From positions 1 through 61,911 of the forward strand of contig CAZUFU010000001.1 in NCBI GenBank assembly GCA_964619875.1: DNA of 61,911 nt, given 5' to 3'. Positions 1 to 7,972 of this stretch are shown one piece after another. Each line of letters begins with the position of its first letter. The stretch's first letter is position 1. The position numbers and the translations under genes are program-made. The stretch comes from an uncultured Oscillospiraceae bacterium. Lineage in GTDB: Bacteria > Bacillota > Clostridia > Peptostreptococcales > Anaerovoracaceae. The notes below the pieces were generated by a model, which was not told the origin of the DNA, did no database searches, and worked only from the letters and a program-made list of their open reading frames with translations.

Positions 1-1
1 T

Positions 2-54
2 CACCCACACGATAGTTTAGAGAGCACCCACACCCACACGATAATTTAGAGCGC
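2..54. repeat. Window-edge direct repeat: two copies of CACCCACACGATA(G/A)TTTAGAG(A/C)GC with a 29-nt period, followed by a T9 run
   Basis: Read directly. Copy 1 is at 2-25 and copy 2 at 31-54, with 2 mismatches. The T-run is at 56-64. The array may continue upstream of the window. Confidence 0.6.
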
Positions 55-89
55 CTTTTTTTTTGCAAAAATTGTGATGCGGGATTATG

Positions 90-118
90 TTGCTTTCCAG
101 CCTTCTATAAGCTATAAT
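90..118 (+). promoter_or_regulatory. Candidate sigma-A promoter for the IscU-like/GGGtGRT operon
   Basis: TTGCTT (90-95), a 17-nt spacer, then TATAAT (113-118), about 65 nt upstream of the ATG at 184. Confidence 0.4.
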
Positions 119-183
119 GATTTTGTCGAAAGAAAATGATTTAGCCGGGGCGCGGATCAAGCACCCCGTTTTAGGAGGAGAAA

Positions 184-876
184 ATGATATATACAAAAGA
201 AGTAGAAAATATGTGTCCTGTAAATAAGGGCGCATATCACGGTCCTGCTCCTATCCCTCAGGAGGGCAAATGGGTGCAGGTGAAGGAAGTGTCCGATATT
301 TCAGGACTGACCCACGGAGTGGGCTGGTGTGCACCTCAGCAGGGAGCCTGCAAGCTGACACTCAATATCAAGGACGGAATCATCGAGGAAGCACTTGTAG
401 AGACTCTGGGATGTTCAGGCATGACCCATTCTGCAGCCATGGCCGGGGAGATTCTTATCGGCAAGACGCTGCTGGAGGCACTTAACACAGACCTTGTCTG
501 CGATGCCATAAACACTGCAATGAGAGAACTTTTCCTGCAGATTGTATACGGCAGAAGCCAGTCAGCTTTCTCAGAAGGCGGACTTGCAATCGGTGCCGGA
601 CTTGAAGACCTCGGAAAGGGAACCAGAAGCCAGGTGGGAACAATTTATTCCACAAAGGCAAAGGGACCTAGATATCTGGAGCTTGCAGAGGGTTATATCA
701 CCGAAGTGGGTCTGGACGAGGAAGGCAATATCATCGGTTATAAATATGTAAATCTGGGCAGAATGATGGATAACATCAAGGCCGGAATAGAGCCTATGGA
801 GGCTATAGAAAAGGCCAGCGGCAAGTACGGCAGATTTGACGAAGCGGTTCGCACTATCGACCCGCGAAAGGAATAG
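184..876 (+). CDS. IscU/NifU-like Fe-S scaffold-related protein (atypical, 230 aa)
   Basis: RBS AGGAGG 8 nt upstream. The segment ETLGCSGMTHSAAMAGEILIGKTLLEA parallels the IscU motif FGCGSAIASSS..GKT..EA. Further Cys residues occur at MCPV and GWCAPQQGAC. Confidence 0.75.
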   Translation: MIYTKEVENMCPVNKGAYHGPAPIPQEGKWVQVKEVSDISGLTHGVGWCAPQQGACKLTLNIKDGIIEEALVETLGCSGMTHSAAMAGEILIGKTLLEALNTDLVCDAINTAMRELFLQIVYGRSQSAFSEGGLAIGAGLEDLGKGTRSQVGTIYSTKAKGPRYLELAEGYITEVGLDEEGNIIGYKYVNLGRMMDNIKAGIEPMEAIEKASGKYGRFDEAVRTIDPRKE

Positions 877-888
877 GAGGCAGCCCAA

Positions 889-1905
889 ATGAGCGAAAGA
901 ACCGAAAAGATAACTTTTGAAAATTACGACAGAAAAATAGAAAAAATTGAAAATGCCCTGTCAGCATACGGAATCGCAGGTCTTGAGGATGCGGAGAAAA
1001 TATGCAAAGAAAAAGGTATTGATCCTTATAGAATCGCTAAGGAAATCCAGCCTATCTGTTTTGAGGACGCATGCTGGGCTTATGTAACAGGTGCCGCCAT
1101 TGCAATAAAGAAGGGCTGCAAAAACGCTGCTGAAGCTGCCGAGGCTATCGGAGAGGGTCTGCAGGCATTCTGCCTTCCTGGTTCCGTGGCAGACGACAGA
1201 AAGGTAGGTCTGGGGCACGGCAATCTGGCGGCAATGCTTCTCCGCGATGAAACTGAATGCTTCGCTTTTCTGGCCGGACACGAATCTTTTGCGGCTGCTG
1301 AGGGGGCCATCGGAATCGCCAAGTCAGCCAACAAAAGCAGAAAGAAACCTCTGAGAGTAATCCTTAACGGTCTGGGCAAGGATGCGGCTCAGATTATTTC
1401 AAGAATTAACGGTTTCACTTATGTGCAGACTCAGTTTGATTACTATACAGGTGAACTTAAGGTTGTGAATGAAATCCCTTATTCCAAGGGTGAGCGTGCT
1501 ATGGTCCGCTGCTACGGCGCAGATGATGTAAGAGAAGGCGTCGCAATAATGCATAAGGAAGGTGTCGACGTTTCCATCACCGGTAACTCCACCAATCCAA
1601 CCAGATTCCAGCATCCTGTTGCCGGAACATATAAGAAGGAATGCATAGAACAGGGCAAGAAGTATTTCTCTGTAGCATCAGGCGGAGGTACAGGCAGAAC
1701 ACTTCATCCTGACAATATGGCTGCAGGACCTGCTTCATATGGTATGACGGATACAATGGGAAGAATGCACTCTGACGCTCAGTTTGCAGGTTCCTCATCG
1801 GTACCGGCTCATGTAGCTATGATGGGCTATATCGGAATGGGCAATAACCCGATGGTCGGCGCTACCGTAGCCGTGGCCGTGGCGGTGGAAGAAGCGATGA
1901 AATAA
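889..1905 (+). CDS. GGGtGRT family protein (function unknown)
   Basis: Contains the family-defining motif ASGGGTGRTLHPDN. Length is about 338 aa. RBS AGGAGG; starts 13 nt after the upstream stop. Confidence 0.9.
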   Translation: MSERTEKITFENYDRKIEKIENALSAYGIAGLEDAEKICKEKGIDPYRIAKEIQPICFEDACWAYVTGAAIAIKKGCKNAAEAAEAIGEGLQAFCLPGSVADDRKVGLGHGNLAAMLLRDETECFAFLAGHESFAAAEGAIGIAKSANKSRKKPLRVILNGLGKDAAQIISRINGFTYVQTQFDYYTGELKVVNEIPYSKGERAMVRCYGADDVREGVAIMHKEGVDVSITGNSTNPTRFQHPVAGTYKKECIEQGKKYFSVASGGGTGRTLHPDNMAAGPASYGMTDTMGRMHSDAQFAGSSSVPAHVAMMGYIGMGNNPMVGATVAVAVAVEEAMK

Positions 1906-1912
1906 AAAATAT

Positions 1913-1957
1913 GGCCTGCTCTCCCATTCGTTAAAAATGTGGGTGCAGGCCTGCTTT
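1913..1957. terminator. Bidirectional intrinsic terminator between convergent genes
   Basis: Stem GGCCTGC (1913-1919) / GCAGGCC (1945-1951) with T-rich tracts on both strands. Confidence 0.6.
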
Positions 1958-1961
1958 TAAT

Positions 1962-3113
1962 TTAAATATAATTTCTCAGGTATTTTCTGAGCAGCTTTTC
2001 GAACTCCTCGCCATCCGGTACCTGATCCGCCAGATCATGTATTTTCATCTTGTACTGGTCAGGCATCAAATCCATTTCAGTATAATCATGATTGGACCAC
2101 ATGCGGCGTGCAACCTGATATTCCTTCTGCATAAGGCGAGGCAGGGCGAGGAAGCCGTCTATATAATCAAGCATTTTTTCTTTATCCATATTGACATATC
2201 CCTCCAGCAGAGGAAGGAGGTTGACAATATGATCGCTTATTACATAAGTACTGAGGTTCGTGTCAAGGTGATATATCATATCCCGGATCTCTGCGAGCTT
2301 CTCGATGTCTGTGCACTCGTCGAAATCCGGACCTTGAGCAATCTCCCACATGGGCGCCCCTGATTTAACCACAAAGGTTCTGATCCGCAGAAAGTCAGGG
2401 TCTATTTCATTTACAACCTGAGCGGTTTCAATGGCATTTCTTTCACTGAGGAATCTGCCGCCACAGCCCGGCATGTAGAACATGTTAAATGTAATTCCGG
2501 CTTCTCTGATTCGCCTGCCGGCGTCAATCTGCTGCTGTCTGCTGGTTCCCTTGTTAAGCAGTTTAAGCACATCATCGCATCCGCTCTCGTAGCCGGAATG
2601 AATCATGGTGAGCCCGGCTTCTCTTAGTTCGACAAAATCTTCCGTACTGAGCCGGGAAAGAGTATCGGCTCTTCCGTAGCAGGCGACGATTTCGATTTCG
2701 GGAAAGGTACTGCGAAGATATCTTAGAATTTTGCATAAATCTTCTTTTTTCATTACGATTGTATTGGCATCCTGAAGGAACACGGTTTTCATTCCATCGG
2801 CTATAATCCAGTTCAGAACCATAGAATAGCAGTGTTTTTCTGCATAAGTGAGAGAAGATGACATTGAGCACATTTTTTTAACTGTATGAATGTCGTTGTG
2901 ACGGAGCCGTTCTATAATCAAATCCCGGTAATAGGCGATGTTGTCGATATCCTTGAGAATTTCATCCGTTTTTCTGATTTTGAAATGACCGCTGCGATAG
3001 AGAGTGCAGAAATTGCATCTGTTCCATGTACAGTTTTCAGTAAGCTGCAGAAGCAGGCTGGAAGCGTGAAAAGGGGGCCGGATATTGCCCGTTGCAAAAG
3101 TTCTGTTTTCCAA
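1962..3113 (-). CDS. Radical SAM protein (Elp3-like core, unusual CX4CX2C cluster motif)
   Basis: Motif LTENCTWNRCNFCTLY. Probable TTG start, with GGAGGT 7 nt upstream on the minus strand. 383 aa. Confidence 0.85.
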   Translation of the reverse strand: MENRTFATGNIRPPFHASSLLLQLTENCTWNRCNFCTLYRSGHFKIRKTDEILKDIDNIAYYRDLIIERLRHNDIHTVKKMCSMSSSLTYAEKHCYSMVLNWIIADGMKTVFLQDANTIVMKKEDLCKILRYLRSTFPEIEIVACYGRADTLSRLSTEDFVELREAGLTMIHSGYESGCDDVLKLLNKGTSRQQQIDAGRRIREAGITFNMFYMPGCGGRFLSERNAIETAQVVNEIDPDFLRIRTFVVKSGAPMWEIAQGPDFDECTDIEKLAEIRDMIYHLDTNLSTYVISDHIVNLLPLLEGYVNMDKEKMLDYIDGFLALPRLMQKEYQVARRMWSNHDYTEMDLMPDQYKMKIHDLADQVPDGEEFEKLLRKYLRNYI

Positions 3114-3197
3114 GAATTATACCTCCGTAAACGTGCAGATTTCAAGATTCATACATATTAAGATAACATAAGGGATGACCTAAATCAACTAAAAAAC

Positions 3198-3226
3198 TTG
3201 CAATGGAACTCTGAAAGTGGTATACT
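3198..3226 (+). promoter_or_regulatory. Candidate sigma-A promoter of the BMP/ABC operon
   Basis: TTGCAA (3198-3203), a 17-nt spacer, then TATACT (3221-3226) preceded by TGG (extended -10). Confidence 0.5.
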
Positions 3227-3271
3227 GATGAAGTATGAAATTATTCTTTACTTTAAGTACGGAGGAAAATC

Positions 3272-4294
3272 ATGAAAAAAAGTATTTCACTTTTGTTAGT
3301 GTTGACTCTCATCATTTCCATGTTTGCACTGGTTGGATGCGGAAGCGATGACAACACTGAAGGGGAAGGATTGAAGGTTTGCGTAGTTGTGCCTACCGGT
3401 TTTGGCGATAAGTCATTCAATGACTCAGCTAAGGAGGGCGCTGACAGACTTCAGGCAGACTTTGGGGTAACAGTAAAATATATCGAATGTAAAAACGAAA
3501 ATCACAAGCAGCAGATGATGAATGCTGCAGATGAAGCTGATATAGTAGTTCCTGTGGGCTGGGAGTTCTGGGAGATTACAGATGTAGCTGCCGAATATCC
3601 GGATACTAAGTTTATCTGGGTCGATAATGTAGCTGACGGACTTGAAAATCTTCCGAACGTACTGTGTATCACATATGCACAGAATGAAGGCTCCTTCCTG
3701 GCAGGATACATTGCAGCTAATATGTCAAATACGGGCGTTGTCGGTGCTGTAGGCGGACAGGACAATGCTACTATTAATGACTTCTTTGCAGGTTATGAAC
3801 AGGGTGCTAAGTATGCAAATCCTGACATCAAGTTTGTAAAGAACTATGTTCCGGGAGATAACGGATTTGAAGATCCGGCCGGCGGCAAGGAATGTGCACA
3901 GGCTCTTCACGATAAGGGCGCAGATGTTATATTCCAGGTTGCAGGAAACTCCGGAAACGGTGTGTTTGAAGCAGCAAAGGAAGGCGGCTTCTACGCATTT
4001 GGCGTTGATATGGACCAGAAGATTTCAGCTCCTGAGTTTGATGATGTAATCATCGGTTCAATGATTAAGGAAGTCGGAGACTCTATCTATGATGCTATTA
4101 AGAAATACATCGAGGAAGAGATCTTCGAAGGCGGCAGAAACTGGGTGGCTGACATGGCTACAGGTTACATCGGAATCGCATATGGTGATGAAAACTCAAC
4201 TCAGCAGGTTCCTGACGAGCTGAAGGCTGATGCTGAAGATCTCGCTCAGAAGATTGTTTCAGGAGAAATCGAGGTAGCGACTACAAGACAGTAG
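3272..4294 (+). CDS. BMP-family (PnrA/Med-like) ABC substrate-binding lipoprotein, probably for nucleosides
   Basis: Lipobox LVGCGS. BMP-family-like sequence (GFGDKSFND, VGAVGG, FGVD). Followed by a two-domain ATPase and two permeases. Confidence 0.9.
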   Translation: MKKSISLLLVLTLIISMFALVGCGSDDNTEGEGLKVCVVVPTGFGDKSFNDSAKEGADRLQADFGVTVKYIECKNENHKQQMMNAADEADIVVPVGWEFWEITDVAAEYPDTKFIWVDNVADGLENLPNVLCITYAQNEGSFLAGYIAANMSNTGVVGAVGGQDNATINDFFAGYEQGAKYANPDIKFVKNYVPGDNGFEDPAGGKECAQALHDKGADVIFQVAGNSGNGVFEAAKEGGFYAFGVDMDQKISAPEFDDVIIGSMIKEVGDSIYDAIKKYIEEEIFEGGRNWVADMATGYIGIAYGDENSTQQVPDELKADAEDLAQKIVSGEIEVATTRQ

Positions 4295-4325
4295 CCTTCA
4301 GAGAAAAATAATCTATTCGATTATG

Positions 4326-4357
4326 AGGCGTGGCGTTATATGCGCTGCGCCTTTTTT
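4326..4357 (+). terminator. Intercistronic intrinsic terminator/attenuator after the binding-protein gene
   Basis: 10-bp stem AGGCGTGGCG / CGCTGCGCCT (two G-U pairs), a 7-nt loop, then T6. Confidence 0.65.
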
Positions 4358-4379
4358 CAGTATAATGGGAGGTAGGAAT

Positions 4380-5924
4380 TTGCAGGAATCAGCAGTAAGA
4401 TTTGAAAATATTTCCATGCAGTTTCCGGGCGTGCTTGCCAACGATCAGGTTTCCTTCGATATCAGGAAAGGAGAAATCTTCGCTCTGGTAGGGGAAAACG
4501 GCGCAGGAAAAAGCACTCTCATGAACATTCTTTACGGAATACATGAGCCTACAGACGGAAACGTGTATATAAACGATAAAAAAGTTGAAAAATTCAGCCC
4601 CGCTGAGGCTATCGGCATGGGTGTAGGTATGGTTCACCAGCATTTTATGCTGGTACCTTCCTTTACGGTGGCACAAAATATAGTGATGAGTAAAGAACCT
4701 CGTAAGATGGGGATATTGTATGACCTTAAGGAAGCAAACCGTGAAACAGAGAGATTGGTAAGTGAATACGGTCTTGAGGTTGATCCTGAGGCGAAGGTCG
4801 GAGAGATAAGTGTAGGGCTTCAGCAGCGCGTGGAAATACTTAAAACCCTTTATCGCGGGGCAGATGTTCTCATTTTGGACGAGCCTACGGCAGTTTTGAC
4901 TCCGCAGGAAACCGAAGAACTGTTTGATGTTATCAGAAGGATAGTAAAAGAAAAGCAGATGACGGTTATCATCATCACCCACAAGCTCTATGAGGTAATG
5001 AGTATATCGGACAGAGTCGGAGTAATGAGGCGTGGAAAGCTGGTTGGCGTTGAGGAAACTAAGAATGTAAACGAGCGCATACTGGCTTCCATGATGGTGG
5101 GAAGAGAAGTGCTTTTTGATCATATAGAAAAAACCGGAGAGCCGGGAGAAGTTATGATAAAGGCAGAGGATATCTACGTTGCTGACAACAGAGGTCTCCT
5201 GGCAGTAAACGGTGTTTCTATTGAAGTGAGAGCAGGAGAGGTTCTGGGAATAGCGGCCATCGAAGGAAACGGACAGAGCGAGCTTGTGGAAGCTCTTACA
5301 GGCATGCGTCCGCTGCAGAAGGGAAGCTTTTATATATGCGGTACGAGAGCTGACGGCATGAATCCGGGACAGATAAGAGAACTGGGTTCAGCTCATATAC
5401 CCGAGGACAGGGTAACCACCGGAGTATCTCTTCAATCAACTATTACCGACAATCTGATTATCGGTAAAGAGAAGCTGCCGGCCTTTTCAAGGTATAAACT
5501 TCACCTGAAGCAATCTTCAATTGCCAGGTACGCTCGTGAGCTTGCAGAAAAGTTCGATTTAAGAGGCGGTGGTGTGGATACTAAAACCGGAGAACTTTCC
5601 GGTGGAAATATGCAGAAAGTGGTAGTGGCCAGAGAGTTCTCCTTCGATACACCGGTGCTGATTATTGCACAGCCTACCAGAGGTGTAGACATAGGTGCAA
5701 TAGAATTCATACATAAACAGATTATCGATAAGAGAAACCAGGGATGCGCTATTCTCCTTGTGAGTGCGGATCTCGACGAGGTTTTCAGACTCAGCGACCG
5801 GATAATAACGATGTTCGAGGGCGAGGTCACCGGAGAGTTCAAGTCCGGAGAAATCGACAAGATGGAAATAAGCTATTATATGACCGGTCATAGGGAGACA
5901 GAAGGAGGAGAGCATGATAACTAA
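4380..5924 (+). CDS. ABC transporter ATP-binding protein with duplicated ATPase domains (nucleoside/sugar type)
   Basis: Walker A GENGAGKST, and a second domain with LSGGNMQK. The start is set at the in-frame TTG 4380, 7 nt after GGGAGG. The track start 4323 lies inside the terminator hairpin. ATG 4365 is an alternative. Confidence 0.9.
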   Translation: MQESAVRFENISMQFPGVLANDQVSFDIRKGEIFALVGENGAGKSTLMNILYGIHEPTDGNVYINDKKVEKFSPAEAIGMGVGMVHQHFMLVPSFTVAQNIVMSKEPRKMGILYDLKEANRETERLVSEYGLEVDPEAKVGEISVGLQQRVEILKTLYRGADVLILDEPTAVLTPQETEELFDVIRRIVKEKQMTVIIITHKLYEVMSISDRVGVMRRGKLVGVEETKNVNERILASMMVGREVLFDHIEKTGEPGEVMIKAEDIYVADNRGLLAVNGVSIEVRAGEVLGIAAIEGNGQSELVEALTGMRPLQKGSFYICGTRADGMNPGQIRELGSAHIPEDRVTTGVSLQSTITDNLIIGKEKLPAFSRYKLHLKQSSIARYARELAEKFDLRGGGVDTKTGELSGGNMQKVVVAREFSFDTPVLIIAQPTRGVDIGAIEFIHKQIIDKRNQGCAILLVSADLDEVFRLSDRIITMFEGEVTGEFKSGEIDKMEISYYMTGHRETEGGEHDN

Positions 5925-7017
5925 AATTACAGAAACCCTCCAAAAGAAAAAGTCATATCTCATTTCTCTTTTTCTAAGTATATTTGCTGCTCTGATGATT
6001 GGTGCAGTACTTATGATAGTGACAGGATATAATCCTATAGAGGGATATGCTGCTATGCTTAAAGGAGCTTTTGGCTCTTCACGTGTATTCGGAAACACTA
6101 TGGCCAAAATGCTGACGTTGTGTCTTACAGGTCTTGCCATGGCCGTAGGCTCACAGGCAGGAATGTTTAATGTAGGAGGTGAAGGCCAGCTTTTCTTAGG
6201 TGGTCTTGCGGCCACAATGACGGCAGTGTACCTTCAGGGAGTTTCCCCTTTCATAGCGGTGCCGCTCGCTTTTCTTTCAGCAGCTCTGGCAGGAGGAATA
6301 TATGCCTGGATACCGGCAATGCTTAAGGTGAAACTCAATGTGAGCGAGGTAATAACTACAATCATGCTTAATTCTGTAGCCATTTACCTCTGTACATATC
6401 TGACAAACAGCAGCGGACCTCTCAGAACACATGACAGAGGTGTTATGGCAGGAACAGATGCGGTGCCGAAGGACTTTATGTTTGAGCAGGTAATTGCTCG
6501 CTCAAACTTAAGTACAGCGATAATATACAGTGCCGTGATTGCTTTTCTGTGTTGGTATGTTATGAAAAAGACCAGTATTGGACTTGAGATGAAGGTTACC
6601 GGCGAAAACCAGAGATTTGCCTTCTTCTCCGGGCTTGGCAAGGACAAAATAATGATCGGTGCAATGGTTGCTTCCGGAGCTATATGCGGACTTGTAGGTA
6701 TGTTCGAGGTTTTTGGATACCAGCAGAGATTTCTTCCGTCAATTTCAAACGAGTTTTATTTTGATGGAATGCTGGTAGCAATGATAATGAATTACAGCCC
6801 GTTGGGAATAATATTGATGAGTTTCTTCTTTGCGGTAATAGATATAGGTGCCAATGCCATGGAATTATCTATAGGCATTTCAGGTGAGCTTTCAGAAATA
6901 ATTTTCTCTATTATAATTTTCCTGATGGCTGCCGAAGGTGGTATTTCCAAGGCAATCAGGGAAAGACAGACACGCAGAAAAGCAAGAGCACGATTAAGAG
7001 AGGAGGGCAGGCAATGA
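5914..7017 (+). CDS. ABC transporter permease (BMP-system, first permease)
   Basis: Polytopic membrane protein. Overlaps the ATPase stop by 11 nt and overlaps the next gene by 4 nt. Confidence 0.9.
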   Translation: MITKITETLQKKKSYLISLFLSIFAALMIGAVLMIVTGYNPIEGYAAMLKGAFGSSRVFGNTMAKMLTLCLTGLAMAVGSQAGMFNVGGEGQLFLGGLAATMTAVYLQGVSPFIAVPLAFLSAALAGGIYAWIPAMLKVKLNVSEVITTIMLNSVAIYLCTYLTNSSGPLRTHDRGVMAGTDAVPKDFMFEQVIARSNLSTAIIYSAVIAFLCWYVMKKTSIGLEMKVTGENQRFAFFSGLGKDKIMIGAMVASGAICGLVGMFEVFGYQQRFLPSISNEFYFDGMLVAMIMNYSPLGIILMSFFFAVIDIGANAMELSIGISGELSEIIFSIIIFLMAAEGGISKAIRERQTRRKARARLREEGRQ

Positions 7018-7952
7018 GTCAGTTATCAGAGGTTTTTAACATAGGACTGTTGCAGAATACACTGAGAACAGCCACTCCTGTTATTCTCGCTGCCATGGGA
7101 GGACTTCTCACAGAACAGGCAGGCATAATGAATATAGGTATGGACGGAATGATTTTGGTAGGTGCTTTTGTGGCGGTAGCATTCAGCTTTGCCTGTGCAT
7201 CTGCGGCCATGGGTGTCCTTATGGCAGTGCTTTCGGGAATTCTTATAGGAATTTTCTTTGCAGTATTCGTTGTGAAGCTTAGGAGTGATGAGTTCATAAT
7301 AGGTATGGCTCTCAATACCTTTGCGGCCGGACTAACGGTTTACCTGCTCCGCTCTATTTTCGGAGTGAAGGGAACATTTTCCGATGCAGCTATTGTGTCA
7401 CTGCCTACGGTGCACATGAATTTCCTCGACGGAATACCGGTGCTGGGTCCGCTGCTTAATGACAACTCAATATTTGTATACATAACATGGATTTTGGTAT
7501 TTTTAACATGGCTGTTCCTTTACAGGACGCCTTACGGCTTTTGGCTCAGAGCTTCCGGTGAGCATCCTGAGTCTCTGGAAACAGCGGGAATCAGTGCCCA
7601 CAAGATGAAGTTCATCGCAAGCATTCTTTGCGGAGTGTTCTGCGGTTTTGCAGGCGCTCATCTCTCACTGGGATATCTGACTATGTTCTCTGAGGGAATG
7701 AGTAACAGCAGGGGATTCATAGCATTTGCCTGTGTAATCTTCGGAATGGCCAATCCACCTAAGGTTTTCCTGGCAGCTCTGCTTTTCGGTTTTCTGCAGG
7801 CTCTGGGACTGAGACTTCAGAGCGTAGGGGTTCCTGCAGATATTACGTCAACCATTCCATATCTGGCTACAGTGCTGATGCTGGTATATATCGTGGTAAG
7901 TACAGACCGGAAAAAGAAAAATAAAGCTAAAAAACAGCTTGAAAAAATATAA
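7014..7952 (+). CDS. ABC transporter permease (BMP-system, second permease)
   Basis: Polytopic membrane protein with an ATGA-type overlap with the upstream permease. Confidence 0.9.
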   Translation: MSQLSEVFNIGLLQNTLRTATPVILAAMGGLLTEQAGIMNIGMDGMILVGAFVAVAFSFACASAAMGVLMAVLSGILIGIFFAVFVVKLRSDEFIIGMALNTFAAGLTVYLLRSIFGVKGTFSDAAIVSLPTVHMNFLDGIPVLGPLLNDNSIFVYITWILVFLTWLFLYRTPYGFWLRASGEHPESLETAGISAHKMKFIASILCGVFCGFAGAHLSLGYLTMFSEGMSNSRGFIAFACVIFGMANPPKVFLAALLFGFLQALGLRLQSVGVPADITSTIPYLATVLMLVYIVVSTDRKKKNKAKKQLEKI

Positions 7953-7972
7953 AAAATAAAGGGGAAAAGAAA

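Noticed and set aside
120-183. Riboswitch or attenuator in the leader of the IscU-like gene (hairpin GGGGCGC...GCACCCC followed by GTTTT)
   Set aside because: The leader is only about 65 nt. The hairpin has a mismatch and a very short U-tract that overlaps the RBS region. It resembles no riboswitch class I know. I kept it only as part of the promoter annotation.
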